From Tubulanus polymorphus (lineage: Eukaryota; Animalia; Nemertea), in NCBI RefSeq assembly GCF_964204645.1, contig NC_134031.1, positions 5,580,001 to 5,644,000 of the forward strand: a DNA stretch of 64,000 bases, in the 5' to 3' direction. The translations under genes were made by a program, and so were the position numbers. The notes beneath the pieces were generated by a model. It was not told the DNA's origin. It worked only from the letters and a program-made list of their open reading frames with translations, and ran no database searches. Shown here piece after piece: positions 52,149-64,000 of this stretch; within the stretch, counting starts at the first letter, position 1; every line of letters begins with the position of its first letter.

Positions 52149-52439
52149 ATAATGTAGAGAGAATCCCACAATAATAACTAAAAACACAGTGCGAAAATGT
52201 TACCAGCGCTAGTGTAGTTTATTCGACTATATTCTAATAGTCATCTTCAGGAATACTGATTTTCCCTTAGTTTGTATCACTTATGATTTGTTCCAGATTG
52301 TATATATATATTTCACAAGTTCTGTTGAAAAATCAGTATTCCTGAAGATAGTGGAAGCATCGAATAAACTACCAGTTCAAGGAAACATTTTCAGGACTGT
52401 TGTTCGTTATTATTGAGGTATTTATTCTCTCTACATTAT
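52149..52439. mobile_element. About 290-bp foldback element
   Basis: Nested inverted blocks ATAATGTAGAGAGAAT, TAGTTTATTCGA and ATCTTCAGGAATACTGATTTT, each with its reverse complement in mirror order. Confidence 0.7.
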
Positions 52440-52588
52440 AAGATTGGATCTGTCACGCAGTTTTTCACAAATAAAATTATCGAGACTAGGATGGATGCTG
52501 CATCATCGTATAGGAGAGAGTTTGAAACCACCGATAGATCGGAAAAAACCAGTTAATATTTGAACTGTTTCTTTTTTTGTTTACTCAC

Positions 52589-52609
52589 TCAACGGGCCCT
52601 TTCCAATAG
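52589..52609 (-). CDS. Eph: Candidate 21-nt juxtamembrane microexon (TIGKGPL)
   Basis: TGTTTAACAG|CTATTGGAAAGGGCCCGTTGA|GTGAGT; phase 1-1 and open; branch-like TGCTAAC and UG/YCAY-rich sequence upstream. Confidence 0.5.
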   Translation of the reverse strand, partial: LLERAR

Positions 52610-52888
52610 CTGTTAAACATACACAAAACACATGTACACATTTTACGATGATGATGATGATGTTAGCAAAGAGAAGTGTTAGTTTGATCTCGTTTTATTG
52701 AGAATCGTTTTCAATCTCCTTCCGAGACATTCACACGACAGATAGGTAGAAACGGAAAAAATGATGACCAATTCGAATATCACTGGACCACTGAAATGAA
52801 TTGGTCCATTCTGAAGTTGGGTATTATGACCCAATTTAGCTCAGATATCATGACAGCACATGCTTGGTCCATTCTTTTCCCCGCAAAC

Positions 52889-53254
52889 CAGGGTTCTTAT
52901 GGGTTTTTTATTTTCCCTATACCTTTTCCATACCCGGATCATAAATTCTCCATACCCTTAAGTTACACATACCCAACCTAGAACAGGCAATGTGAAGGTC
53001 TGTTCAAAGCAATTAAGTGCCAATTATCAATACAATTGATGAAGTGTTTTCATAAGGTTTGTTATCAAATGTGTAGTAAGACATTAAGGCATATAGCCTA
53101 AAATTCAAAATAGAAGGGAAATTTTATTTTAAGACCATTTTATGATTTTCCCATACCTTTTCAAAATATAACCATAGAGAAAATAACAAAATGTCCATAG
53201 CTTTTCCCAGGGCCTGGAAAAAATTCCCATTTTCCAAAACCCGTAAGAACCCTG
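52889..53254. mobile_element. MITE with CAGGGTTCTTA termini, copy 2
   Basis: CAGGGTTCTTATGGG...CCCGTAAGAACCCTG. Confidence 0.65.
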
Positions 53255-55968
53255 TTAAACGACTAGATTTAGGCTTATATTTTTGTTTTAAGTACACAAA
53301 AGCTAAACCGCGACGGACATTTCTGAACTGCGAATACCTAGAAAAAGTTTGCACGGTTTTTTTCTCTCCGTCGTTTCGAATAAAGAATCGACGATCCAAA
53401 TCGCCTACAAGAGTGAGAGCCTCGGAGGAACTGAACATTTCAGAGCGATCGTCGCTCATTATCGATTTGATAAAATCGATCGATCGTCAATTTGATCATT
53501 TAATTTGAGATCTGGTTTATGTAAAAACACTCGATAAAGGTTAAATCAAACGAGCCGAATTAACCACGAGAACTCCAGCAAGCAGCAGCCGAGATTCTGA
53601 GGACAACTGATCAGCGTATTACACCGTCACATGAGGTTATAATACACTTATAATTGATCAGTATCGACGGGAGATAAATCTCAAATCGATCATCAACGAC
53701 GGATTACAACTACGCAGCGAACGCTGTCTGCTCCTACACGCGAGGCTTCACAGAATAAAACCATCGGCAACAGGTGAAAATAATTCAGGTCGTTTATTCA
53801 GACTCCCTGATACTGATCAGAATTTCAGGCATATTCAGCCATAATAGAATTAAAAAGCTTTTCGTACTGAGATGAACCGTGTCGGATTCGATGAGTGATC
53901 TAGAGCCGATTCCTAGAATGTGGGGCAAGTTGTACAATCCGACTTCAAGATTGTTGTCCTGAAATACCTCAACTGGTTGAGCACCGCTAAGGGCAGTACA
54001 AGCAAGTCCCAGTTTTCGTGTTTCCTTACGGGGAAAGAAACTTTTGCCCAAGAAAGCGAGGCTTTGCACCCATGGCCCCTGGATTGACGAGACCAGTCAG
54101 AAAGACTCTTCGTAATCTTGAAGACCATTCTAATCCTTTGGTCGAATCACTAATATAACAAACTTTTTGGGCTTCAATCTGGGCATAGGTCAGCTTTGAG
54201 GCACAAGTAGGTCATGTTATATAGGTCGGTTGCAGTAACTAGGTGTGCGACCCATCTCTTACATACATCATTGAATCCTTGACACCTGTTGATCATACAT
54301 CGAATTTCATTTACGGTACTGTTTTCTAATGCAGCGCTATTCCAACACAAAACCTTGAACCGAAAGCAACCAAAATGGAACGGTACTGTTTTCCAATACA
54401 GCATTATTCCAGCAGATAACCTCGCGTCGAAAGCGACCGAAATGGAACAGTTCGAGAGAGGGCTGGGACACCGGGAAATTTTCAGCACTCGGCATTCACG
54501 GTTAAGTACTACTCGACTGCAAAACGCGAGCGAAAGCACTAGTCATGGGGCTGTCATTCAGGAAATGACCATTCATATAGCGCAGGACTGCTCGGTTTCT
54601 AAGCAACACAGTAGTCGTCGTCTTGACATGTATTTCTGGTTGTCGGAGTCGCTGTTTTTTTTTTCCGCCTGACAACTACGAGTAGCTACACCGCGTACAT
54701 ACACACCGACATATACACACACGGGGGACACGACGACGCTGCAACCAGTGAACCATCGATCATTGAAGTTATATTAACAGGCAGGTGGAAAAGTAACTGG
54801 CCAGCGCACGCCTGAAAAAACCGGCCGCGATCAATCACACCGCGCGCGACCGACGATGTGACAGTTTCATTAACTTCTCGCATTCGAGGCTCGGGCGAAC
54901 CTCAAATTTTTAAAAGCTGCATCGATTACGCGTTGCGGCCAATTTCGCGGAATGACGTAACATTTCATGAAAATATCATCAGGTATCGTGTACGACCATC
55001 TAATCATACCAGATCATCCGACTCCATGAGCCGCGATCACACGAAGATGATTTGGCCTGGACCGAATCTGCGCAGATTTGGGCGTAAACCACTCACTCGA
55101 TACTGAATAAAACGATATGCTTTCAACTGTTTTCTATAATCAGAAAAGACACTTCAGTTTTTCTCATCCTACTGTTGGATTTAGACTCGATAGAGATTTG
55201 ACAGCTCTATAAAAATGAACGTGAAACTGAATTGAGTCGACGCTTCTTAAATCATAGTCGAGCACGAACACACTCAGAGTCAGTCGAGCAGACACACGGG
55301 TCGTATCGATCCGGCATCAGAGAAAAATTGCGCCGTGTATTTTACAATCGTCATCATTAACAATCATGCATTGCTATCATATACACTATATATATATAAA
55401 AATACATATATATATACTTAAACATATACGTAGAGAAATATGTTACTGATTTTCATGCTTCAAAAACATCATTTGCAGCGAGACATGTATTGATTGAAGT
55501 CGGTATTTTCTTTTTCATAAAACTGGATCGAGTCTGAATTTGATGATCCAGTTTTATGAAGAAAAAAATCTTTTTCAAGCCGTGTAGAATAGCCTATCCC
55601 GATGATAACTGGGATTTCCGAATGAAAATTAAAGAAAAAAAATCAGGGCTGCCAACCTCTGAAAAGTGCTGTAATGAATTGAATTTTTGTTCGCTAACAT
55701 TTCATTGAAATATGAAAGAAAATGTTCGAATTAATCATTTCTCAAAACTAAGATCCTCAGTTGCATCTTTCATATTTCTGTACGCATCAAACAAATCGAA
55801 TCAGTATTTCTTGGTATGAAATAGTAGCAAATACTGAAAATCAGGAACAGTTGGCAGCTTTAGAAATACTTATTCTTCATTATCACCGGGATTGAGCTAG
55901 CACTGTAGCCCAAAAAACATTAAGATGCATATTTTTGTGAGGATGGTTTTTCTGTCCATAAAACTTAC

Positions 55969-56030
55969 TATTCGTGTATTGCAGGTTATCGCAATCTCCA
56001 GGATTCTTTTCGCTACAACCTTGGTTATTC
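55969..56030 (-). CDS. Eph: Eph receptor juxtamembrane exon (not in ORF track)
   Basis: GTATTTTAG|G...AATA|GTAAGT; 62 nt, phase 2 to 1, exactly the phase bridge needed; encodes (R)NNQGCSEKNPGDCDNLQYTN, resembling the 'C.KK.PSDCDTLEY.N' segment I recall from protostome Eph receptors. Confidence 0.85.
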
Positions 56031-56291
56031 CTAAAATACGACAAAAAATCAACATTTCATACTCGGTTCATATATCATCTAATACTATCTAATCTATCGA
56101 TTTCATCGAATACGATCGAGGTGCGTAATTAAAATCAGCCTACAGCGAAACGTATTTTAGCAACAATATATCTCGCGGCCGTCTACCGTGTGTGCCGAGC
56201 GTTTATTCGAAACGAGAGAAAAATAACATTCGAATAATTACAGCGCGATTAATAACGAGAAAAGAAAATTGAATTTTCTCTCCCTCGTAAT

Positions 56292-56617
56292 GGGGTACCA
56301 GCACCACTAGTGTAGCAATCGAGGATTCCACGTATGACAGGTGAATATCCGCCAGGTTCACTAGCGGTTACTCGGTTACCACACTTCAATTTCTTCTACA
56401 TTTCAAGTATATTCGAATCAACTTTTCTCATCAGCAAATCTTTTTTCAGTAAAACTAAACCATACACTCATTGGAGACGCCAATCGTATGTACATTTGAT
56501 AACAAAATTTCAATATAGGAGCCAAAGAATCCAGTTCAAAGTCCATTGAAAATGGACTTATTTTCACTATCTATAACTGAGCGCATTGTTGCGCCATCTG
56601 GTGTCTGCCGGTACCCC
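56292..56617 (+). mobile_element. About 330-bp MITE with GGGGTACC termini, copy 2
   Basis: AAT|GGGGTACC...GGTACCCC|AAT (3-bp TSD, PIF/Harbinger-like); fills over half of the intron after the TM exon. Confidence 0.8.
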
Positions 56618-56640
56618 AATCGTATGACGACACTGCTTAC

Positions 56641-56816
56641 CTTCGAGTGAATATGAATATCATGATGATGACGATCGAGATGCAAACCGCGACGGCGACG
56701 ATGGATCCGGCGATGATGCCCATCGGCGTCGAGTCGGCCGCCTGGTCGACGCCCGTCTTGAAATAGTGCACCGAACTGAAGTCCGACCAGCCGCCGTTCT
56801 TCGTCTTGTATCGAAT
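56641..56816 (-). CDS. Eph: Eph receptor exon: end of FN3 and transmembrane helix
   Basis: TCTTCAG|ATT...CGAAG|GTAAG; 176 nt, phase 0 to 2; IRYKTKNGGWSDFS...PMGIIAGSIVAVAVCISIVIIMIFIFTRR (hydrophobic TM followed by basic residues). Confidence 0.92.
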
Positions 56817-59354
56817 CTGAAGAGAATACGCGAGAAACGAATCGATGATTGAACTGTTCAACATAAAGACAGAATGCTCTCTTCAGCATGGCTGCCCCAA
56901 CCTATGATCAGTACTATCAAGTGCTATCAGTAGCAAGTTTGATTTTTGTTATGGGGCATTCATCGAAATATGTAAGAAAATCGGTAATCAATGGTAAAAG
57001 CCTCAGCAACATCTTTCACATTTTAGTACATATCATATGAATTCAATAAGTAGATCTCGGGACAAAATAGTATTGGAATACTGACAATCAGGAACAGTTA
57101 ACAGCTCTGGTAGTGACAAGGTGAAAGCGAAAAATATGTGAGAAAAAAGTTCATATTCATGAGACCAAATCAATAAAATCTATATTTCTCACTAGGGCGA
57201 AAAAAGTAAAAAATCGGGAAAAGTAAGGAGCTTTTTAGGATTGCACGAAGGCTGAATTCTAATGGAAAGTGTCTCTTCCCTGTTTTAATGGATTGCCAGT
57301 ATCAAAAATGCAACAAGTAAAGAAAAAATCAGGAAACAGTCGACAGTTTGTAAAGATCGCGTGATTAATGTTTTCATGTTGCATGCAGGATTTTTGCGTC
57401 TAAGCCCTCGGGGCGCGTATTACAACCAGCATTCAAAAAACCCGACACGCGCATTTACTTATAGCAGACGCGCTCCACTGCGACGACGTATCATTTCAAT
57501 ATTTCGAATCCAGGCGCGAAAAACATTAAACGTTATACGCTTACGTTACGCGTAAAACGTTATCGCTGAGACACACCCAAAGTCGAAGAAATATAATCCG
57601 CGATAAAATTGGAATTGGGATATCGGTTGCATACGCGAAGGTGCGTAATTGAGGATTTTTGCATCGGTTGAGATGGGCGATATATACATTGCCTAAAGCG
57701 ATGACGAACAGAAATATGCGGAGTAATAGTTTCGGTTTAATTCGCACTAAAGCGTAAAATGTCAAATTTTTCTCAATTACTGGTAATGCACACTAAACAT
57801 AAGTGCAATGTACATAATTCGATCGACCGTTCGTAACCTATGGAGTTGACTTCCACGACACACGACATAATATCACACATGAGCAAACTCGAAATCGAAT
57901 CACCTCCCCAGATTCATCTTGCATTACACACCCGTTTGAAAAACTTCGCGCCGGAAAAAAACTTTTCCTCCGATTCACCCGCGGCGTTCGTCGCGACGAC
58001 ATAAAAGGCAACAATTTTTTGTCTCCCGATTTACGAATCGCGATCGATGCGCAGGATATTCGAGTAGGCCGTTTTTAGCCTATTCGTCACACGTACCTCC
58101 CTCCTCGCTGTAGAAACTACCGTGGCACGACGTGTTGTTTTTGGTTTTTTTTACATCGATTACGATGAGCAACCAATCGAAAATTTTATTCGACTAGATC
58201 AAGTTAAACGAGAAAAAGATAGAATACCCGTCGAAAACGCTTACGTCTATACGAACCGACTTCAATGAACATGCCTTCAGAGGTGCGCGCGTTTAATTGT
58301 TAACTGATCTAAAAGTCTTTAAGCGATTTTCACGCGTAGCTAAAATAAAGCGTCAATACTTTTTCAGCGCGCGTGTGTGTGTAACTTTTTACTCGTCGAA
58401 ACGAATATCGAAACGAGCCCGAGGCTTCGCCGTAACTTCCAAGGGAGTGTCGAGAACTTTCATCGATATGTAACAGCCGATATCTCCAAACTGAGTGAAC
58501 CGATTAGAATTCCGATTGGAAATACGAAATAAAATCGATCGGATATATATTCGAAAAATTTCTTCGGCGGCGCGTTGGTAACCGGATTTCTTTCACCGAA
58601 GTCACATTTGATCTTTATATTCATTGCTGGCGGGCTAAACACCTTTCGCTGTGATAAAATCCAAACAGATAGAGAGCACGAAAGAAAAGCTACGAGCAAA
58701 AATTCAGAAGAAAATTTCCACCTTGATAAATCGGTTACAAGGTTGAATAAATCGGAATGCATATTTAAATACGTCTCATAATTCTCGGTAATATTTCAAA
58801 AGCAGCGGCTATACGACCCAGGGGAGTGTCATCTGCTAGACAGCTCGATGGCCCAAACTACCGTTCGAATCTGGAGCAATCCCCATTAGATACCTGAGTG
58901 ATTACCAAAACATTACTCAGTGTGCACGATCAAACCTTCAATACTGAAACTTCATTTCATTTGACACACCGAAATAGCAGAAAAATGTTGGCCTCATAAA
59001 AATTGGTAACTATCAATGACTCCAGCAACATCCAAATCTTTTTCAGGGTGTGGCCATTTACAAATCCCCAGAGAGTTTTCCCTGATTTTTCCATGTGATT
59101 ACACAAAATTACCCTTGGTGAATCAGAGATATTACTAGGTTTAAAATGTTATGTTTCATTCATCTTTCATTGAATCGCATACTAATAAAAAAGAAACACA
59201 GGGTCAAATAGCATCATCCAAATTCCCTGGAGTTTTCCAGGTCTTTTAAAAAATGTGTCAAATTCCTTGAGTTTTACTAGATTTTTGATAGATTTTTCTG
59301 ATTCCTGAGTCCAGGACAGTGGCCACCATAATGAAGCAATAGGGGCATCCTTAC

Positions 59355-59560
59355 CTGAAACGCGTATTGCGTATTTCTAGTCAGATTCTTGAACGGTAGT
59401 TTCGCGACTTTCGTTTGAACAGACGCCACTTTTTCCGGATGCTCGGTCGGATAATATCGTATCTCGAACATTTCGATCTGGCCGGATAGTTTCGGCGATC
59501 CGATGTTCAACGTGAATTGTCCGTCGATGATCGTCGATCCGACATTCAAATCTTTGGCGG
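59355..59560 (-). CDS. Eph: Eph receptor exon: membrane-proximal fibronectin type III domain (first exon inside window; gene is 5'-truncated)
   Basis: Acceptor TTTTATTTCTAG, donor CAG|GTAAG; 206 nt, phase 1 to 0; encodes AKDLNVGS...MFEIRYYP...KNLTRNTQYAFQ (FN3 'L.P.T.Y.FQ'-like), which joins in frame to IRYKT of the next exon. Confidence 0.88.
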
Positions 59561-59750
59561 CTAGAAATAAAAGAAAAACAGTTCAAGTGAAATGAATTGT
59601 TGCGCAGTTGCAATTTGGAATTTGCATACAGCAAGGGGCAGTGGCTGAGTGGATTTAAAGCCAGTTCTTCTGTCTCTCTCCCCACTGGGATAAAGGAACC
59701 GTAAGCCTGCTTATAACATCTTGAGTGGCGCTCTTTGGGTTGAATTATAT

Positions 59751-60100
59751 ACAAGGCACAGGCGCAACAAGGTCAAACTCCGAAATTCTCATGCGTTAGT
59801 TCCCATTGCATTTTGGATATGTTGTATCAAGGGCCAATAGCTAAATTTTGTCAAAACAACATTTCGAATTTCAACCCCATTACTCAGATAGAAGGTCATC
59901 TTCAATGTCATATCATTGAAAACCGGAGTTTTTAGTGTCTAGTTCTGCCTTAGGTGACACAACTAGACCCCCCTACTAACATTGTACCCAAGTTCCATCA
60001 AGAACAACCCACCATCAATGAGACTAAGTATTGAAAGGCAGACACACACAGTCAGTCAGTACGAGAATAAGGGTCTCATGGAAGTATGAGAACCAGAAAA
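59751..60100 (+). mobile_element. Non-autonomous Helentron/HINE-like element
   Basis: Starts ACAAG, has AAGGTCA and CCAAGTTCCATC blocks, a subterminal (CA)/(CAGT) microsatellite and a terminal stem-loop GGTCTCAT-GGAAGT-ATGAGAACC before an A run. Confidence 0.45.
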
Positions 60101-61422
60101 GTGTCTTAAAAATGACGTAAATCTCATTGAATGCAATATTTAAAGGTAATGCAGGAAAATAGAGTAATTTTCTTATGTATAACAGCCGTTAATTTTACGC
60201 GATGACAGATGACACAAAGGGACGTCGAATAAATATCGACTATCAACAGACATGTTTCGTGTCTGTCATGTTAAGCGAACGAATGTAAATTGCCGGTGAC
60301 ACGGTACAGGTTTGACAGCCAGATCGGTAGGTAGCGAAATGAATCCGCATTATTCGAATCGAATCGAATCGAAAAAAACTCCTTTGTACCCGATTGAATA
60401 GCTAATTACGAAAATAAGCAGTTTAAACCATAATAACATACGCGACTTCAATCGGTATGACGCAAATGTTTGAATACAAAAATCTATTGAATACAGCGAT
60501 GAAAAATTCCCCCCATGCGTCAGTCAAAGTTCTACTTGACTTTAAAATATGATTATGGTTATCTAGTGACATTTCAAGTGATTCTTTTATTATCTATAGT
60601 TCATCGCTGCTGGGTTAGGTTTAACCGGCGCATCGTCGGGAAAAACGATAACTTCGAATCGATACCGTATCGAATATCTGAACTCGGTCCCAATTACGTA
60701 GGTACGTTTACAATAACAGAGTTCCACGGTCTGTGAGCGTGTACGGTTGTTCAATTCGAGAACCATATATTATCTTTTTCGGTTGTTTGTTTCAACCGCG
60801 TAGAAAAAAAATGAAATAAACAACAAACTTTCCCTTCGAGGCAGTAGTCGAGTTCCCAGATTGTTCTAGAACGAATGTCTCGTCGAATGACGACGACGAC
60901 GCGCAAGTTCCGATCGAAAGTTTCTTCGCGCGAGCGCGCCGAAAATCTCCGGCGACGTTTTTCTCGTGAACGTTTTTCTACCCGATTTCTCGATGCCGTT
61001 CTCGCGCAGCCGTTCCTTAAAAAGCGACGAGAACAATTCAAACGAACGAAATGTACAAAAGTAATTCGATATGCTTCCCGTAGAATTTCTACAAGCTTCT
61101 TGCGTTTCCCCGGATCACGGAGTTCCGTGTTCCGTCTGCAAGGTTTCGCTTTTTATTTGATTGGTAAGTTACTCGCAGATGCTAGGCCTTTTAGTCACGC
61201 GAATTCCGAAGTTTCGAAGAACAAAGCCCCTTGAAAGTTATCCGAATATCTTTCAATTCCGTCAGCCATTTCTCTGATACTACTAACACGCAACGCATTA
61301 TTTTTTTTTCAGAAGCCATCAAACTGATGGCTTTCGCATCAACTCATTTTCGAGCCATGGACAGAATATAAAACGCTATGAATATCCACAAGAGAATAAG
61401 GCGCAGTTTCAGAGACTTTGAC

Positions 61423-61647
61423 AGCCGCGATCGCACAAGCATTTTTAGCCTGACCAAAAATGTTGGACCAGGCCCGAGCCAAATTCTAGCACGGGTCAAA
61501 TTATTGCATTTGAATCGCAACTGGTTCAAGAAATAATTCACTGCGCTCGAGTGAGTGGTTTGCGTGTGAAAGCGCTCTCTAATTGGTCATGGGAAAAATT
61601 GACTAGGTCCGGACCCTTGTCAATTTGGCTCTGGCAAAATCGTGGCT
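61423..61647 (+). mobile_element. AGCCGCGATC-ended MITE
   Basis: TIR AGCCGCGAT...ATCGTGGCT; colinear with 63413-63713. Confidence 0.7.
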
Positions 61648-63412
61648 ACCGAGGACATCCTCAAGAGAATAACGCACAAGTTGAATAGACTTTGACGACA
61701 TCGAAAAAAGATGCTTGACGTAAATTGTCACTCTAGATCGGTAAATTGAGAAGTAAACACTGGCAGCAACAAAGCTCGATTTCTAAGCAGAGGAACATAA
61801 TTATTGGCTTATAAATGAGTCAAAGATGACTTCGAGGAATGTTTGCATTGTAGCGGCTAGTGCCAGTAAATTGCGGTTAATTGAGCCCCGACGATAAATA
61901 GTTCTTTTGATTCCTAAAAAACGGCAGAGAAAACTAAAGCGACGTATCCCCATATACTACTATCGTTACTATTGAAGATGTGAAGGTATTTTCGCGTAAT
62001 GGTCGGCTGATACAGGGAATGCTAGATTTAATCCTCTTAGACTATAACGTTCGACTAGGGAAGAAGTCGTCGACAATCCTATTAATCAATGAATGCCATT
62101 TCACATCATCGGCGCAGACGCAAAGCCCCTTAAAGCCACTACAGGGGATAACGGTTTCATAGTTCACTGTTGCACGGTGTCATCAGCAGTCGACCGTACC
62201 AAGTGCATTGCACTGATAAACTGAAAACCCTATCAACAACATCTGCATACAAAAACCACTGCTGAATAACAAATATTGACAATTGGTCTTATGAAAATTT
62301 TTTCTTCAATATCAATTACGAAGATAACCGCACATTATATGCAAAATGTTCTAAACTCTAGTATTAAACCATGTTCATCCAGTTCCACCAACAGGTGTCT
62401 CCGAAATATGCTGTTGAAAACAGTCGAATGGTGTCAAAATTCGCTAAGACTTTTAATTCGACTTTAAGCGCGACTGAATGAAAACAGGGATGATAGTTTA
62501 GATGGACTTCATCAACATTTATACCAAAGATTTTTTGACGCCGTAAAAACCGTTTATAATAATGTTTATATATATCGATACATAGTATGCGTTTTAAGGG
62601 TTTATGTATTGCGTTTTAAGGGTTCAATGTGCACTACTACATCATCAATATTAGCGTTTCGAAATAACAATTCACAATTTGCGACGTTTATTTTGTAATG
62701 AAATATATTTCATAACTATTGTTTCATATTTGATAAATTTCAATAATTATTTTTGGGAGGATGTGCACTACATCATCATATATCGGGGCTAGACTGGTTA
62801 CAATTCAATTCGATTACTGATATATTCAAATCCAAAATAACTTTGTTGATCCTTAATATTATATAATTCTATACCATTATCGACAATATCAAGCAATGTA
62901 TAATTTATAATTTATTTTTCATGGTCGTCAATAAACTTTCAAGTTTTCTCATTCATAACTTCACTACTCCGAGGCTGTATCTCAACAACAGCCCATCCCG
63001 CATCTCACGTCAGGGGGAGGGGGTAAAACGCATAGTAAGCTCTATAGTTCAGGACGTTATTAGATCCTACGGCTTGATTCCATAATCAGTACATGACATC
63101 CATATACGGTTTATGAGTTTAAGCCGGAATATTTACACGGTAAACGCTAACACGCGCGCAGTACTGGAACCCGGCGGCTGAAAATATTGTAATATTTACA
63201 ATGAATGGTATTTCACCCCGCAGTCAGATTAATAATCAACGTCGATCGAGAATTATCAACTGTGGGAAACAAGCAACGAGCGCGGCGCATTTAATCCTTT
63301 ACTCCGGGCCCAAACATCTAACTTTTTCGATTTGATTTGCCCGCATGCAAAAAACATTTTCTACGCCGAATAGGTTCATGTTACACTCGCTAAAAAAATG
63401 CTTTGAAACAAT

Positions 63413-63713
63413 AGCCGCGATCACTTGAGCCAAATTTGGCCCAGAACAACTGTTTACACAGGTGCCAAATGGGCCCGAGCCTGTTTGGCCCAACCAAAAA
63501 TGTCGAACTAGGCCAGAGCCAAATCTTAAGCGTGGATCAAATTATTGCGTGTGAATTGCAACTGGTTCCAGAAGTGACTCGCTTCATTATTTAGTATCGA
63601 GTGAGTGGTTTACGCGTCAACGCGCTCTCTAATTAGGCACGGGCCAAATTTGAATTGGGGCTCGATCCGTGTCAATTTGGCCCTGGCCAAATCGTCTCCG
63701 TATGATCACGGCT
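63413..63713 (+). mobile_element. AGCCGCGATC-ended MITE, most complete copy
   Basis: TIR AGCCGCGATCA...TGATCACGGCT; fragments at 12391, about 39350-39540, 46415 and 55030. Confidence 0.7.
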
Positions 63714-64000
63714 TATGTTAAGGCCCGATTAGTACAGTCCAGAGAATGATGAACCAGGCTATATGCCTCAGGCTGCTACTGGAAAGTAGTCAGCCTTCAG
63801 AAGATCAGTCGTTTTTGAAATCGCGCAATTTTTACGACAGGACTAGGATTTCAAGTACTCAGAATATACCGGCTATATGCACTGATTTCGCCTACGAAAC
63901 GCGCGCACTAAACATTCGCAGCGTGAACAAAAATACTAAATACTAACATCCTTAGAAAAAATAAACTATGCAAAATGACTGTTTTTTGTTTTTTACAGAG

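Noticed and set aside
53790-54300. CpG-poor block with overlapping ORFs (53794-54069, 53913-54128, 54174-54539)
   Set aside because: No recognisable domain in any frame; possibly a decayed transposon, but I cannot support a call.
54703-54738. 36-nt phase-1 open segment between GCAG and GTATGT
   Set aside because: Poor polypyrimidine tract, weak exon end and low-complexity content; not supportable without reads.

Overview
Eukaryotic (invertebrate-like, not CpG-depleted) genomic DNA; no bacterial operons or CRISPR. The main feature is the 3' part of an intron-rich Eph receptor tyrosine kinase gene on the minus strand. I assembled it by hand from GT-AG exons with consistent phases: membrane-proximal FN3 (59355-59560), FN3 end plus TM (56641-56816), juxtamembrane (55969-56030, 49405-49548), six kinase exons (48629-48814, 47108-47169, 41719-41817, 36825-36938, 34620-34814, 33808-33950) and a SAM/PDZ-motif terminal exon (32443-32710). 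The 5' exons lie beyond position 64000. The most interesting signal is three frame-preserving phase-1 microexons (21, 33, 30 nt) in the juxtamembrane intron, surrounded by splicing-regulator motifs, competing RNA pairings and long foldbacks. A long candidate 3' UTR (to about 26640) carries clustered Pumilio elements. The rest is non-coding: MITE families (piggyBac-, PIF/Harbinger-, hAT-, Tc1/pogo-like), a truncated LINE, tRNA-derived SINE heads, a Helentron-like element, minisatellites and a promoter-like region near 420-730. Most ORFs in the supplied track are spurious.
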